Program-made: the position numbers and the translations under genes
Assembly: GCA_043228905.1 (NCBI GenBank)
Contig: JBHGNT010000020.1
Span: forward strand, 2,480,001-2,544,000
Reading direction: 5' to 3'
Source of the DNA: Azolla caroliniana
Lineage: Eukaryota > Plantae > Polypodiophyta
DNA: 64,000 nt
Shown: piece after piece, positions 32,601-44,626 of the stretch
How the letters are laid out: each line of letters opens with the position of its first letter
How positions within the stretch are numbered: the stretch's first letter is position 1
The notes under the pieces: model-generated
Told to the model about the DNA's origin: nothing
Seen by the model: the letters and a program-made list of their open reading frames with translations, nothing else
Databases searched by the model: none

Positions 32601-35175
32601 GTTTCGCATGCGCTAGCATACTCCGGACCCTCTCCATTATGGTCCGGTTCATCCTCTCGGCCAGCCCGTTCAGTTCCGGCGTCTTCGGCACAGTAAACTC
32701 GAGCCGGATTCCCTTCGAGCGACAGTACTCCTGGAACTGCCCCCGGTATTCCCCTCCGTTATCCGCTCGTATCGCTTTCAGCTTCTTGCCGGATTCTCTT
32801 TCCACTCTCGCGTGGAGTTCTCTGAAGACGGACAACACTTGGTCCTTTGTCTTCAACGGTGCCGTCCACAGCTTCCGGCTGTGATCATCAATGAATGTCA
32901 CGAAGTACTGGGCTCCGCCATGTGACTTCGTTTCTACCTGACACACATCAGTGTGCACCAGCTCCAAGGGTGCGCTACGTCTCGTCGGTGGCCTTGAGTG
33001 GAAGGAGGTTCGGTTCTGCTTACCGGCCAGGCAATCGGTGCACTTCTCCAGGTGCACATGCTTCACTGGAATGAGGTTGTCTTCTACAAGCCTCTTCATC
33101 CCCTTCTCACTCATGTGGCACAGTCTCTTGTGCCACAGCTCACCGGCAGTGTCGGCTGCCACGTTCAGCTCCTCCGGACATAGCCGGGAATTCATCAGGT
33201 ACAGTGTGTTGACCTTCCGGGCCCGAGCCACTATCAGGCTCCCCTTGCTGAACTTCATGACACCGTTCCGGATGCTACCCGTGTAGCCTTCATCATCTAG
33301 CCTCCCGGCCGAGATCAGGTTCAATCGGACCTCCGGAACGTGTCGCACATCCTTCAGCAGCATCTTGCATCCGGTTGATGTCATCAGCCACACGTCTCCT
33401 ATGCCGGCAATCCGGCATGTGCCTTCATTTCCCATCCGGACACAGCCATGTTCACCGGCTGTGTAGGATGAGAAGTATTTCTTCTCCGGGGTCAGGTGGA
33501 ACGACGCTCCGGAATCGACCACCCAGGTCATCTCTACGCCGGCAAGGTTCAGCTCCCTCTCTTCGGTAATGAGCATTATCTCTTCTTCACTTGCCGCGAG
33601 TGCCGTCGTTCCTTTCCGGTCCTGCCCTCGCCGATCCGGACCTCTCCGGTCCGTGGCTCCCCGGTATGCACCGTTTCTCTCCGGTGACTTCTTCGAATCG
33701 GCGTCGTCGGCTCCGTTGTCCTTTCGGTAATGCCGACAATTCTTCCGGAAGTGCCCCGGCTTCCCACAGTGGAAGCAAATGGGTCTTCCTCTTGACTGCG
33801 ACCGGGTCCCCGACTTCTCCCGTCTTTGCGGACTCCGGTTCCAGTGTCTTCCCCGTTCCGATTCGGTAAGCAGCGCCTTCGAGTCGGAGGCCGGTTCTTT
33901 ATCTCTCCGACGCGCTTCTTCATTTAGAATACTTGTCTTTACCGTTTGTAGGGACAAGTTGTCTTCCGTGCAGGAGGTGCTGAGAGTCACCACCAAATTC
34001 TCCCAGCTGTCCGGCAATGTACACATCAGGATGATGGCTTGCATTGCATCCTCCAACGGGAACTTGATCGCCGCAAGCTGGTTCACGAATCCCATGAACG
34101 TGCTTACGTGTTCCACCATACTCTCGCCGTCCCGGTACTTGAGGTTCACTATCTTTCTCATCAGGGAGGTCCGGTTCAACGCATTCTTCCTCTCATAGAG
34201 GCCCGACAGCTTCTTCCACATCTCATAGGCGTTCGTATCGTTCGCCACATGTTGCAGGACACTTACATCGACATATTGCCGGATCGTCGCTACTGCTTTC
34301 CGGTTCAGGAGCTTCCACTCCGACTCAAGTACTCCCTTCGGTATTTCCGACCTGTCAATCGGTTCGTACAGGTCTCGAACAATCAGAAGATCCTCCATCT
34401 TGATCTTCCAGTCGGCGTAATTCTGCGCATTCAGCACCATCATTCCCGGCTGCCCGCTACCGCCGCCTTCCATCTTCTGTGTTATCGTCGCTCTGATACC
34501 ACTTTGTAAAGAATTGACGCTATCAAATCTTTCGCCTCTCGGCCACAACCGAGACAACACGGATCAATGCAGCAGAAAAATAAAAACAAAGACACAGAGA
34601 GATGAATACACAGGGTATAACGTGGAAAACCCTAAACGGGAAAAACCACGGGAGTGCACGACTCCAACTACCACTATACACTGGAACATACAATGGCGAG
34701 CTGCAAGGCGACGACCTTGAGCTCGCTGTCCTCGCCACAGGCGGCGGTATTACACAGAGGCGTCGACCTCTTCGTTTCTCTCTCTCTCTCTCTCTCTCTC
34801 GGCTGCTCTCACTTCGCTCCCTCTAAGTGGAAAAACAGAAAATGAGCAACAACAGTAAAACTGTTTGCCCTAAGTCATATTTATACGCATATGACTTTCG
34901 GGCTATTTACAAATATAGCCTCAAGGGCCCTTGGCAAACATATTCACAAATATGTCCCCGCATCCGGATCTCGCTCCGGGTACATACATCATCCGGCTCC
35001 GTAGCCGGGGTCTTCATCATCCGGCTCCGTAGCCGGGTACTCTTCATCATCCGGCTCCGTAGCCGGGTACTCTTCATCATCCGGCTCCGTAGCCGGGTAC
35101 TCTTCATCATCCGGCTCCGTAACGGTCTCCGGGCTTGCCGTCATTCATCTCCCGACATCCCATCCGGAGGGACCG
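29660..35175 (-). mobile_element. Copia I: young sister of Copia B, intact ORF, 5' LTR lacking its outer 11 bp
   Basis: LTRs 29660-30401 and 34505-35175 (30-bp repeat, 5 vs 3 copies, ~3 substitutions). iMet PBS at 34490-34501, PPT at 30402-30411. Right TSD lost. Confidence 0.95.
30412..34473 (-). CDS. gag-pol: Copia Gag-Pol polyprotein
   Basis: Uninterrupted ORF (track 30412-34560; first ATG after the PBS at 34473), nearly identical in protein to 5621-9703. Confidence 0.96.
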   Translation of the reverse strand: MEGGGSGQPGMMVLNAQNYADWKIKMEDLLIVRDLYEPIDRSEIPKGVLESEWKLLNRKAVATIRQYVDVSVLQHVANDTNAYEMWKKLSGLYERKNALNRTSLMRKIVNLKYRDGESMVEHVSTFMGFVNQLAAIKFPLEDAMQAIILMCTLPDSWENLVVTLSTSCTEDNLSLQTVKTSILNEEARRRDKEPASDSKALLTESERGRHWNRSPQRREKSGTRSQSRGRPICFHCGKPGHFRKNCRHYRKDNGADDADSKKSPERNGAYRGATDRRGPDRRGQDRKGTTALAASEEEIMLITEERELNLAGVEMTWVVDSGASFHLTPEKKYFSSYTAGEHGCVRMGNEGTCRIAGIGDVWLMTSTGCKMLLKDVRHVPEVRLNLISAGRLDDEGYTGSIRNGVMKFSKGSLIVARARKVNTLYLMNSRLCPEELNVAADTAGELWHKRLCHMSEKGMKRLVEDNLIPVKHVHLEKCTDCLAGKQNRTSFHSRPPTRRSAPLELVHTDVCQVETKSHGGAQYFVTFIDDHSRKLWTAPLKTKDQVLSVFRELHARVERESGKKLKAIRADNGGEYRGQFQEYCRSKGIRLEFTVPKTPELNGLAERMNRTIMERVRSMLAHAKLPKGFWVEAMSTATYVINRSPSVPLDGDTPQKVWTGKEVSYRHLKVFGCLTYVHVAKDRRGKLDPKTRPCIFLGYGDDEFGYRVWDPVDKKIFRSRDIIFMEDKTLADWESEKKSTGEDKLYEEQSRPARDRLTLEDPAEDGEETEPAEEDENDTGTGPDPEMDSDEEEESEEPVTEAPERRYPLRERRAPRRFPEPEHVLLTDEGEPESFEEAKHDTQSRRWLSAMQDEMDSLHENHTYELVELPKGKRALRNKWVFKLKPGDAGNPPRYKARIVVKGFQQKKGVDFDEIFAPVVKMTSIRTVLSIAASMDLEVEQMDVKTAFLHGDLEEEIYMQQPEGFEKKGKEHLVCRLKKSLYGLKQAPRQWYRKFDSFMTDEGYLKTQSDHCVFVKKFEGGDFLILLLYVDDMLIVGRDQVKIRMLKKALHRTFSMKDLGPARQILGMHIIRDRKKKQLWLSQEKYVTKMLHRFNMSEARPVGSTLPANCKLSSKQCPKTKAEKEDMMKVPYASAVGSLMYAMVCTRPDIGYAVGVVSRYMSNPGKEHWNAVKWILRYLKGTANVCLRFGSGKPELDGFTDSDMSADADTSRSTSGYVMTYAGGAVSWQSRLQKTVALSTTEAEYMAAVEAGKEVIWMKDFIRELGIRQEEYRLYCDSQSAIHLAKNAAYHSRTKHIQRRYHWIRERIEDKEFVLTKVHTDENGSDMLTKVLTPDKLEACRKRIGLERHPMPK

Positions 35176-37589
35176 ATGCACGTCCCGATACAGTCCCGAC
35201 CACCAGTATTTCCCCTTTAGCTTCTCGAACGTGGCCCACGTTCCGCGGTGTCCGGCCCAGGGACTCTCGTGGTAAGCCTCCAACAACTCCTCCTATTCCT
35301 CTTTCTTTGCCACCACTCGGAGTGGGATGCCGTCCCTCTTCTTCGGGTGCTTCCATATGTACCCGTCCCGAAGGAAGAATCGATACGCTTTCTTCTGGAT
35401 CCGGTTGGTCTCTTCCTTTGTCCACGCCATGTTCGGTGTCATTGTCTTCAGGAGCCCGTCGATCTGGAGCCACTCCCCGTCATACTTGCTCTCGTCGAAT
35501 TCGTTAAGCGCCGGAGTGTTCCCCTTTCTGGTTTTCATGTATGCCGCCTCGAAGAAATCTACGCCGACTTCCTCGTCCTCCGAAACCATGTCGTCCTCGT
35601 TTTCGAACCTCACCCTTGAGAGCATGTCGACCATGGCATTGTCCTTTCCGGAAATGTGTTGTATTTCCGGATTCAAGGACTTGATGTACGCTATCCACCT
35701 GAGCATTGCCAGGTCCGGCGTCGCGCATTCGGAAACCATGCCGAGAATCGGCAGGCAGTCCCGATCAGGTAGTCTTTATCGGCCTTCACCGCCAAAACGA
35801 TACCCCAGAGTTCGCGTTTAACCTGGGCGTATCCTCGCTGTCGCTCACTGGGGACCTTCGCGCCGAACCGGATGGGGAACCTCGTACCAACGTCATCCTC
35901 TTGGTTGATCACCCATCCGATCCCGGTCGGACTCGTGTCTACAGTTACGTAAATCGGAGTGTCTTTGCCGTAGACAGCCTTTCAGAGCGCCGGTGCCGTG
36001 GCAAGTGCTTCCTTCATCTTTCGGACCGACTCCGTATGCTCGTCTCCCGACTCGAATTTACGCCCTTTCTTCAGCAACCCATACAGCGGCTCCGCGACGT
36101 GGGCGTAATGCAGGATCTAGATATGGTAGAACACGCATGCTCCCAAGAATCTCCGAACCTTCGTAACTGAATTGTAGTCACGCTTCATCGCGGAGATGGC
36201 TTCCATCTTGGCCGGAGACGGTTTCTGATCGTATGGTCCGCATAGGTGCCCGAAGACCATGATCTCTGATTGCCCGAAGGCCGATTTTTCCCCGGAGAAG
36301 GTGAGCCTCGTGCCTTCTAGTCTCTACAGCACCTTCTCGCAGTCATCGATGTGATTTCCCACGAAATTCCGACATCCGTCCGGTCCGATTGTCTCGTCCT
36401 TTTCCTCCACTGGGCATCCCCTGATCGGGATGTTGTCTAAGAATGGCATGGTGATGTCCGGGATACAATCCCTGAGCACTTTGTTCATCGCATTCACCAT
36501 GTGAGCCACCGAGTTCGTCCCTCCTTGTGGTAGGGTACACATCCGCACTAGGCCAAGAGGAGTCCGCATCGTCGTAATGTCTATGCTCTCCATGGCTAGT
36601 TGGAACAGATCACTGACAGAGTAAATCGACCTTCCGGCGAAGGCCTCTGCGAACTCGTCTATGGTCGGTCCGATTCTGGCGTTCCGAATGGTCACCTTGT
36701 TGACCGGTTGCAGGTCTTGAATGAAGCACAGTGTGCCGTTCTTCTTCGGCACCCTAAACCACCAATTCAAATACGGGGCACTCGACGGTTCGAGGATGCC
36801 CATCTCCACCTTTTGCTTCAGAAGCTCCATCAACTTCGGGATGTGAGCTCTCAACATCGGAATCGGTTTGAGATTCCACGGTACATGCGGTACCGTGAAG
36901 ATCACCATCGGTTCGACGATCGTCGGGTCCACGCACCAAATCTCCTCCGGCGAGAACGCGAAGGCTTTCCCATGCCTTCCGAGCATTCTCCGAAACCTGT
37001 CCTCCTCGGCCGGCAGTAGAAAGCCACCCCCACCTACCTTGAGCCCCCGTAGTGTTATGTCGGTGAACCGGTGTCCTATGCCAGCCTGATTCTGTAAACT
37101 TGGGTCCGACGCGACCCCTTTTATCCGCTCCTCGCTGCCCTCCGGCAAGGGTGCCGCGACTGGCCTCACCTTCTGATCCACAGTCTTGTACTTTGTATCC
37201 ACGCGGGCCGTCTGATCCGACCCCATCCTTTCCCCAAAGTCTGCGATGACTTCATACATTCCCATCGAACTAACCGGAACGGTCCGGTCTTCTCTAAGGT
37301 CTTCCCCGATCACCTTTCGTAATTCGCCCAAGGTGTCGTCAAAAGAGACCGCCTCCACGGCGCCGCTGATCTCTTCGTCGGAGGAGAGGACTCTACATCC
37401 CCTAAGCCGCTCCTCCGCTCACTTCCTTTCCCGGCCGCTGATGCCGGTTATAGTACAACCCCCGATGTCGGAGAACCAAAATTTCCTACCTATGGTACAG
37501 GTCTTCTTCCGTACTGTACATTCGTGGGGTTTTTCCGGGGTGTCCGGACTATCGTGGCCCCACGCCTTGATAGCCCTCTCTATAAATCC
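35176..37589 (-). pseudogene. pol: Pol (RT-RNaseH-start of integrase) of Gypsy E, frameshifted
   Basis: ORFs 36324-37358, 35691-35912 and 35293-35739 match D Pol (LPQGGTNSVAHM, RFGAKV..YAQVKRELWG). Confidence 0.9.
37523..37589 (-). promoter_or_regulatory. Putative -1 frameshift signal of Gypsy E (G_GAU_UUA + pseudoknot)
   Basis: Stem 1 GGGCUAUC/GAUAGUCC, stem 2 CGUGGGG/CCCCACG; same position as in D. Confidence 0.75.
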
Positions 37590-39733
37590 CCTCAGGTTTC
37601 GCCTCCGAGGGTCTCACGGTTACGCTCATGGTTTGGTCGCACAGTCAGGAACTGGACCGAGTGACGCCTATCCTAGCTCTTGACTCTTGCATAGGCCGAA
37701 CCATTGTCCAGCACCTTGGTTTCCATCCGTGCCGCCGTGATGTATGGTTCTCCTAGTATAACCGGATGTGAGGACGTCTCCTGCACGAAGAAGCATTGGT
37801 CAATCTCGACATCACCGATTTTCACCCGTACGTTCGGGCAGGCTCCATGTAGTTCTTCCGTAGCGCGCGTCGCTGCCCGTATTTTCCAGCCGTGTTTGGT
37901 GTGGATCGGCCATTTCCCCCTTTTGTAGAAGTCCATGGACATCAAGTTGATTTCTGAACCGTGGTCCACCAACGCCACCACCAGCTCCTGGACATCCCCG
38001 ATCTTAACAGGGGTCTCCGTGGTCGCTCTGGCCCAGTGTGGCCTCGAATAGTGGCTCTCTGCCAACTCGTCTTCTAGCACCATGTCCTCTATGTGCGTCG
38101 TTCGCACTTCCACCGGCTTCTCCGGCTCTAGCTCTGTTGACAACCTCTTCCTCTTCACCAAGTCTACGATGGAGTCGTGGAACTCCTTCTTGGCGATCCC
38201 GAGCACTTCCCTCAGCGACAACACCACTTTGTTGTCAAGGATACATTCCTCCAGGACCTTTCGCAGGTCCGTGGTCCGTTCGATTTCCGTGCTCAACCGG
38301 TACCCGGCCTTCTTGGCTTTATCCGGTGCGTTGGTCGCACCGGCCTCATTCTGCCTTTGGCTGAATCGGGTCTCGTACCGTTGCGAGGGCCCGGCCCCTC
38401 CGGTTTTACCTACTCGCTTGTCTTCCACCAGAGCCTCGTAGTCCTGGCATGTGGCTTCAACGAAGCCCGTCTTCTCTTCGACCGGGTCACTCCACCCGGT
38501 TACCTCCCGGACCCGTTTTTCCGCGCGGTCCGCTTCTTCTTTCCTTAGCCGCGCACCGGCGAGGCCTTCTAGCATCAGCGGCCAGAATCCGGCTTCGTCC
38601 GTCTTCCGGGCCTCACCACCTCCGACCCGGATCCCTGCCGACGCCAAGTAGTGGACGGTCTCTGCGTGGCGAGCTGCCGCTTCTTCCATCGGCCGTTTCA
38701 TACCCCCTCGTCCGACATTCAGGTCTAGGGCCCTCCGGGTCTCGCTAGCGTACACCCGACCGTTCCATAGGTACACCACGTTGGCTCTCATTGCCTCAGC
38801 GAAGTCCCCGCAGTCCCTCCGGACGTGGCCGACCGCGTCGCACCACAAACACCGGTTTCCAGCCAGAGGCCTTCGGTCACGGGCCTGTTCGCCGCCATCC
38901 CTCCGTGCCTGTGCAATCTGGAGGTCCTTTACCATCCTAATAAGCTCCTCTAGAGCTGCTCCTCCACTCGATCCTCTGACCATGCCGGTCGAAGTCGATT
39001 CGGTCCCGAGCCAGTCTTGGGTCTCTTCCCTTCGCGCTGGCGGGGTTGGCTCAAGATTCCTTGCTGCTACAGAGCCCGCCCCTGTTGATCCTTTATCGAC
39101 CCACTCTCGTCGTTTGTCAAAATGGCCACAAACTCTCTTCACCACGGCCCAGTCGGCCGTCAGCCCGTCATCAGTCTCCAGCAGGAGACCCACTTGCTCC
39201 CGGTCCCTCGCATCCACCAACTTAACGAACAACAGGATGCGACTCGTGTCTAGTACGGTCCGGTCGAGTGCCGAAAGACGCGCGAAGCGTTCTTTAAACT
39301 CCTGGAGGAGCACTGACGTGTTTCTCCCCTTTTCGGGGGTCTCTATCCATTCCATGAAATCCCGTTTCGAGAGCCGAAGCGCGTCATCAAGCCAGTATTT
39401 TTCGAGGAGCCGACCTTCAAACTCTTCCCAGGTCCGGCTCTCAGTCCATACCTCAAGCACCTCCGCATGGATGCCCGACATCGCCACTCGAGGGAATCTG
39501 GTCAGTCGCCTCTCTTCCGGAATGTCTCTCATTACCATCTCGGCCCGATAGGCCTCCAAATAGCTCGTGGCGTCCTTCCCACTGAACTGGCCTATCGCGC
39601 CGACGACTACTTCAATGGCCCTATCAAGGGCGCTTGCGCCTTCGCGCGCACTCACTATCTGATCCACAACCGAAGCCATGGCTTCCGCGAGATCCGACAC
39701 CTTCATCTTCCTATTCCTTTGCCGCCCGTTCAC
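37580..39733 (-). pseudogene. gag: Gag-protease of Gypsy E (two late premature stops)
   Basis: ORF 37673-39733 with CLWCDAVGHVRRDC and ALVDHGSEINLM. Reading through the stops gives SVQFLTVRPNHERN, as in D. Confidence 0.88.
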
Positions 39734-41532
39734 GTCGGGTTCACCAAATATGTCGCGTTATTACATGTGTGCATGTAGAAGGGCGGGACCACGGGGGTCT
39801 TGTACCGAGGAATAGCTGAGAAGGAGGAGAACGGAAAGGCAGTGGACGCACTTGCACACACACAGACGCAGGAGCACACAGGAATCACAGTCCGACAACA
39901 CAACAAACGAAACGACTATAAGTCCGTGTATATGAACGCGTATGTATATAAATAAACAAAGATATATCAAGACGGTTACAACTACAGGCCGGCAAGGCGA
40001 ACACCGACGCCTATTCACTCACATATAGAAGAGCGAGATGGAGACTTTGCCGGAAGCACACGGGCATTCCACGGGGCAAAGTCAGCCTCTCGAAAACCTG
40101 CGCAAGCAAATACAGAGAAAGGAGGAGAAGAGCTCGGTCCCAGTCCGACAACACTTCGTTCTCGACAAAAAAAAGCGATCCCTTTTTCATTCCTCTCCCT
40201 CTCTTTTATAGCCCAAGGAGGGAGGCCGTTATCATTCGTTACATCATATTTATTCTCTATCCTTTCGGATAGAGATACAAATCGATTCTCTCCTTATTGA
40301 ATGCGTGCTACCTAGGATTTCACCTCAACCGAAAAGTGTGCTCGCGTGTAAGGGCCGGTTTACACACGCTAAACTCAGTTTCCGCCTAGGGACGGTTTTC
40401 TTCACGACACCGGTGTCCTCCGCATTCGAGGAACACCTCGTGTTGGCCCGCTTGACCCCTTTCGTTCCGCGCTGTTGCAACTGGTTCAACGCTATAACTT
40501 GTTGTCGTCCCCTCGCCCCCACTAGCTTGTTATCTCGGGCTTGGCTTGCCACGCGAGTCGTTGCCACTCCGACTGAGCTGCTGAGATCTCTGAAACGGGT
40601 GTGGAGGATCCTCCTTCGGTCACCCACACCGTTTCTGACTACCGACCCATGTAGCCTATCCCGCGCCCGGTTTCCGACCCGACACCACCATGTGCCGTCT
40701 TCCACCTTCCTTGCTCGGCACCGCCTATGCCGAACACCATCCCGTACCCGTGCTTACTTCGGCCCTCGATGGCCACACACACGTCTTCAGATCCACTTCT
40801 GGGTGTGCCCCTTTTGGCTCGACACACCGCTCCCCTGCTTGGGTGTCCTTGGTAGCTTTCAGTGCTGCTACCCACGACAAATCACCCTTGCCCGTTTAGG
40901 CCCGCCTGGCCTTCGTTGTTCATGTGACACCTTGGTTGCTCGGTGCTTCTGCTGCTACGACCTTCGTCCCGACACCGCCACCGTTAGTATCTTGGTCTTG
41001 TGTCGGCTCCTAGCGCCGACCGCCGAAGTCTCTAGATCCGGTGTGGAGGATCCTTCTTGGGCCTCCGATCCGTTAGGCGACCGACTCATGCACCAAGCGT
41101 GTATGGTCTTTGTCTTGGTGACCCTGTCGATCGGGTCCGGTTCCGGTTCCAATTCGTGGCCGCGTCCTTGGCCTTATACCTCCTTTCGCTCCTTTTTGAC
41201 CCTTCTGCTTGATCCCGTTCACCTGCCGGCACCGTCCTTCTCTCTAGGTCTCACGTCGACTCTCGGGCTGACCGCCGGAGTCTCCAGATCGGTGTGAGGA
41301 TCGTTGTAGGAATGCCCATCCGCACTTCTATGCCGTATCTTGGGATCCCGTTCACCTGCCGCCACCGTCCATCTCTCTAAGTCTCACATCGGCTCTAAGG
41401 CCGACTGCCGGAGTCTCCAGATCCGTGTGAGGATCGCCGTAGGACCGCCCCATCATTGCCTTTGCCCTCGTCCCCTTGCCGCCATCATCAGTATCTTTCT
41501 AGGTCTCACGTCGACCTTGTTGCCGACTGCCA

Positions 41533-41632
41533 NNNNNNNNNNNNNNNNNNNNNNNNNNNNNNNNNNNNNNNNNNNNNNNNNNNNNNNNNNNNNNNNNNNN
41601 NNNNNNNNNNNNNNNNNNNNNNNNNNNNNNNN
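41533..41632. other. Assembly gap (100 N)
   Basis: Run of N. Confidence 1.
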
Positions 41633-44626
41633 CTTTCCTTAGCCGCGCACCGGCGAGGCCTTCCAGCATCAGCGGCCAGAATCCGGCTTCGTCCGTCTTC
41701 CGGGCCTCACCACCTCCGACCCGGATCCCTGCCGACGCCGAGTAGTGGACGGTCTTTGCGTGGCGAGCTGCCGCTTCTTCCATCGGCCGTTTCATACCCC
41801 CTCGTCCGACATTCAGGTCCAGGGCCCTCCGGGTCTCGCTAGCGTGCACCCGACCGTTCCATAGGTACACCATGTTGGCTCTCATTGCCTCAGCGAAGTC
41901 CCCGCAGTCCCTCCGGACGTGGCCGACCGCGTCGCACCACAAACACCGGTTTCCAGCCAGAGGCCTTCGGTCACGTGCTTGTTCGCCGCCATCCCTCCGT
42001 GCCTGTGCAATCTAGAGGTCCTTTACCATCCTAATAAGCTCCTCTAGAGCTGCTCCTCCGCTCGATCCTCTGACCATGCCGGTCGAAGTCGATCCGGTTC
42101 CGAGCCAGTCTCGGGTCTCTTCCCTTCGCGCTGGCGGGGTTGGCTCAAGATTCCTTGCTGCTACAGAGCCCGCCCCTGTTGATCCTTTATCGACCCACTC
42201 TCGTCGTTTGTCAAAATGGCCACAAACTCTCTTCACCACGGCCCAGTCAGCCGTCAGCCCGTCATCAGTCTCCAGCAGGAGACCCACTTGCTCCCGGTCC
42301 CTCGCATCCACCAACTTAACGAACAACAGGACGCGACTCGTGTCTAGTACGGTCCGGTCGAGCGCCGAAAGACGCGCGAAGCGTTCTTTAAACTCCGGAG
42401 GAGCACTGACGTGTTTCTCCCCTTTTCGGGGGTCTCTATCCATTCCATGAAATCCCGTTTCGAGAGCCGAAGCGCGTCATCAAGCCAGTATTTTTCGAGG
42501 AGCCGACCTTCAAACTCTTCCTAGGTCCGGCTCTCAGTCCATACCTCAAGCACCTCCGCATGGATGCCCGGCATCGCCACTCGAGGGAATCCGGTAAGTC
42601 GCCTCTCTTCCGGAATGTCTCTCATTACCATCTCGGCCCGGTAGGCCTCCAAATAGCTCGTGGCGTCCTTCCCACTGAACCGGCCTATCGCGCCGACGAC
42701 TACTTCCATGGCCCTATCAAGGGCGCTTGCGCCTTCGCGCGCACTCACTATCTGATCCACAGCCGAAGCCATGGCTTCCGCGAGATCCGACACCTTCATC
42801 TTCCTATTCCTTTGCCGCCCGTTCACGTCGGGTTCACCAAATATGTCGCGTTATTACATGTGTGCTTGTAGAAGGGCGGGACCACGGGGGTCTTGGACCG
42901 AGGAATAGCTGAGAAGGAGGAGAACGGAAAGGCAGTGGACGCACTTGCACACACACAGACGCAGGAGCACACAGGAATCACAGTCCGACAACACAACAAA
43001 CAAAACGACTAGAAGTCCGTGTATATGAACGCGTATGTATATAAATAAACAAAGATATATCAAGACGGTTACAACTACAGGCCGGCAAGGCGAACACCGA
43101 CGCCTGTTCACTCACATATAGAAGAGCGAGATGGAGACTTTGTCGGAAGCACACGGGCATTCCACGGGGCAAAGTCAGCCTCTCGAAAACCTGCGCAAGC
43201 AAATACAGAGAAAGGAGGAGAAGAGCTCGGTCCTAGTCCGACAACACTTCGTTCTCGACAAAAAAAAGCGATCCCTTTTTCATTCCTCTCCCTCTCTTTT
43301 ATAGCCCAAGGAGGGAGGCCGTTATCATTTGTTACATCATATTTATTCTCTATCCTTTCGGACAGAGATACAACTCGATTCTCTCCTTATTGAATGCGTG
43401 CTACCTAGGATTTCACCTCAACCGAAAAGTGTGCTCGCGTGTAAGGGCCGGTTTACACACGCTAAACTCAGTTTCCGCCTAGGGACGGTTTTCTTCACGA
43501 CACCGATGTCCTCCGCATTCGAGGAACACCCCGTGTCGGCCCGCTTGACCCCTTTCGTTCCGCGCTGTTGCAACTGGTTCAACGCTATACACTTGTCGTC
43601 GTCCCCTCGCCCCCACTAGGTTGTTATCTCGGGCTTGGCTTGCCACGCGAGTCGTTGCCACTCCGACTGAGCTGCTGAGATCTCCGAAACGGGTGTGGAG
43701 GATCCTCCTTCGGTCACCCACACCGTTTCCGACTACTGACCCGTGTAGCCTATCCCGCGCCCGGTTTCCGACCCGACACCACCATGTGCCGTCTTCCACC
43801 TTCCTTGCTCGGCACCGCCTATGCCGAACACCATCCTGTACCCGTGCTTACTTCGGCCCTCGATGGCCACACACACGTCTTCAGATCCACTTCTGGGTGT
43901 GCCCCTTTTGGCTCGACACACCGCTACCCTGCTTGGGTGTCCTTGGTAGCTTTCAGTGCTGCTACCCACGACAAATCACCCTTGCCCGTTTAGGCCCGCC
44001 TGGCCTTCGTTGTTCATGTGACACCTTGGTTGCTCGGTGCTTCTGCTGCTACGACCTTCGTCCCGCCACCGCCACCGTTAGTATCTTGGTCTTGTGTCGG
44101 CTCTTGGCGCCGACCGCCGAAGTCTCTAGATCCGGTGTGGAGGATCCTTCTTGGGCCTCCGATCCGTTAGGCGACCGACTCATGCACCAAGCGTGTATGG
44201 TCTTTGTCTTGCTGACCCTGTCGATCGGGTCCGGTTCCGGTTCCAATTCGTGGCCGCGTCCTTGGCCTTATACCTCCTTTCGCTCCTTTTTGACCCTTCT
44301 GCTTGATCCCGTTCACCTACCGGCACTGTCCTTCTCTTTAGGTCTCACGTCGACTCTCGGGCTGACCGCCGGAGTCTCCAGATCGGTGTGAGGATCGTTG
44401 TAGGAATGCCCATCCGCACTTCTATGCCGTATCTTGGGATCCCGTTCACCTGCCGCCACCGTCCATCTCTCTAAGTCTCACGTCGGCTCTAAGGCCGACT
44501 GCCGGAGTCTCCGGATCCGTGTGAGGATCGCCGTAGGACCGCCCCATCATTGCCTTTGCCCTCGTCCCCTCGCCGCCATCATCAGTATCTTTCTAGGTCT
44601 CACATCGACCTTGTTGCCGACTGCCA
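41633..44626. repeat. Direct ~3-kb duplicate of 38539-41532 (E gag 5' half, E 5' LTR and H internal flank)
   Basis: Colinear, with scattered mostly transition differences; abuts the gap. Confidence 0.92.

Larger units (their letters stand above)
26812..40409 (-). mobile_element. Gypsy E: decayed full-length relative of Gypsy D
   Basis: LTRs 26812-27502 and 39751-40409. TSD CCGG/CCGG. Trp PBS at 39730-39746, PPT at 27503-27514. Pol remnants at 35176-37589, 29292-29659 and 27540-27745. Confidence 0.93.

Noticed and set aside
40305-41297. 330-aa plus-strand ORF (and its 256-aa duplicate at 43621-44391)
   Set aside because: It is antisense to element H, starts inside an LTR, is GC-rich and low-information, and is frameshifted in the duplicate.
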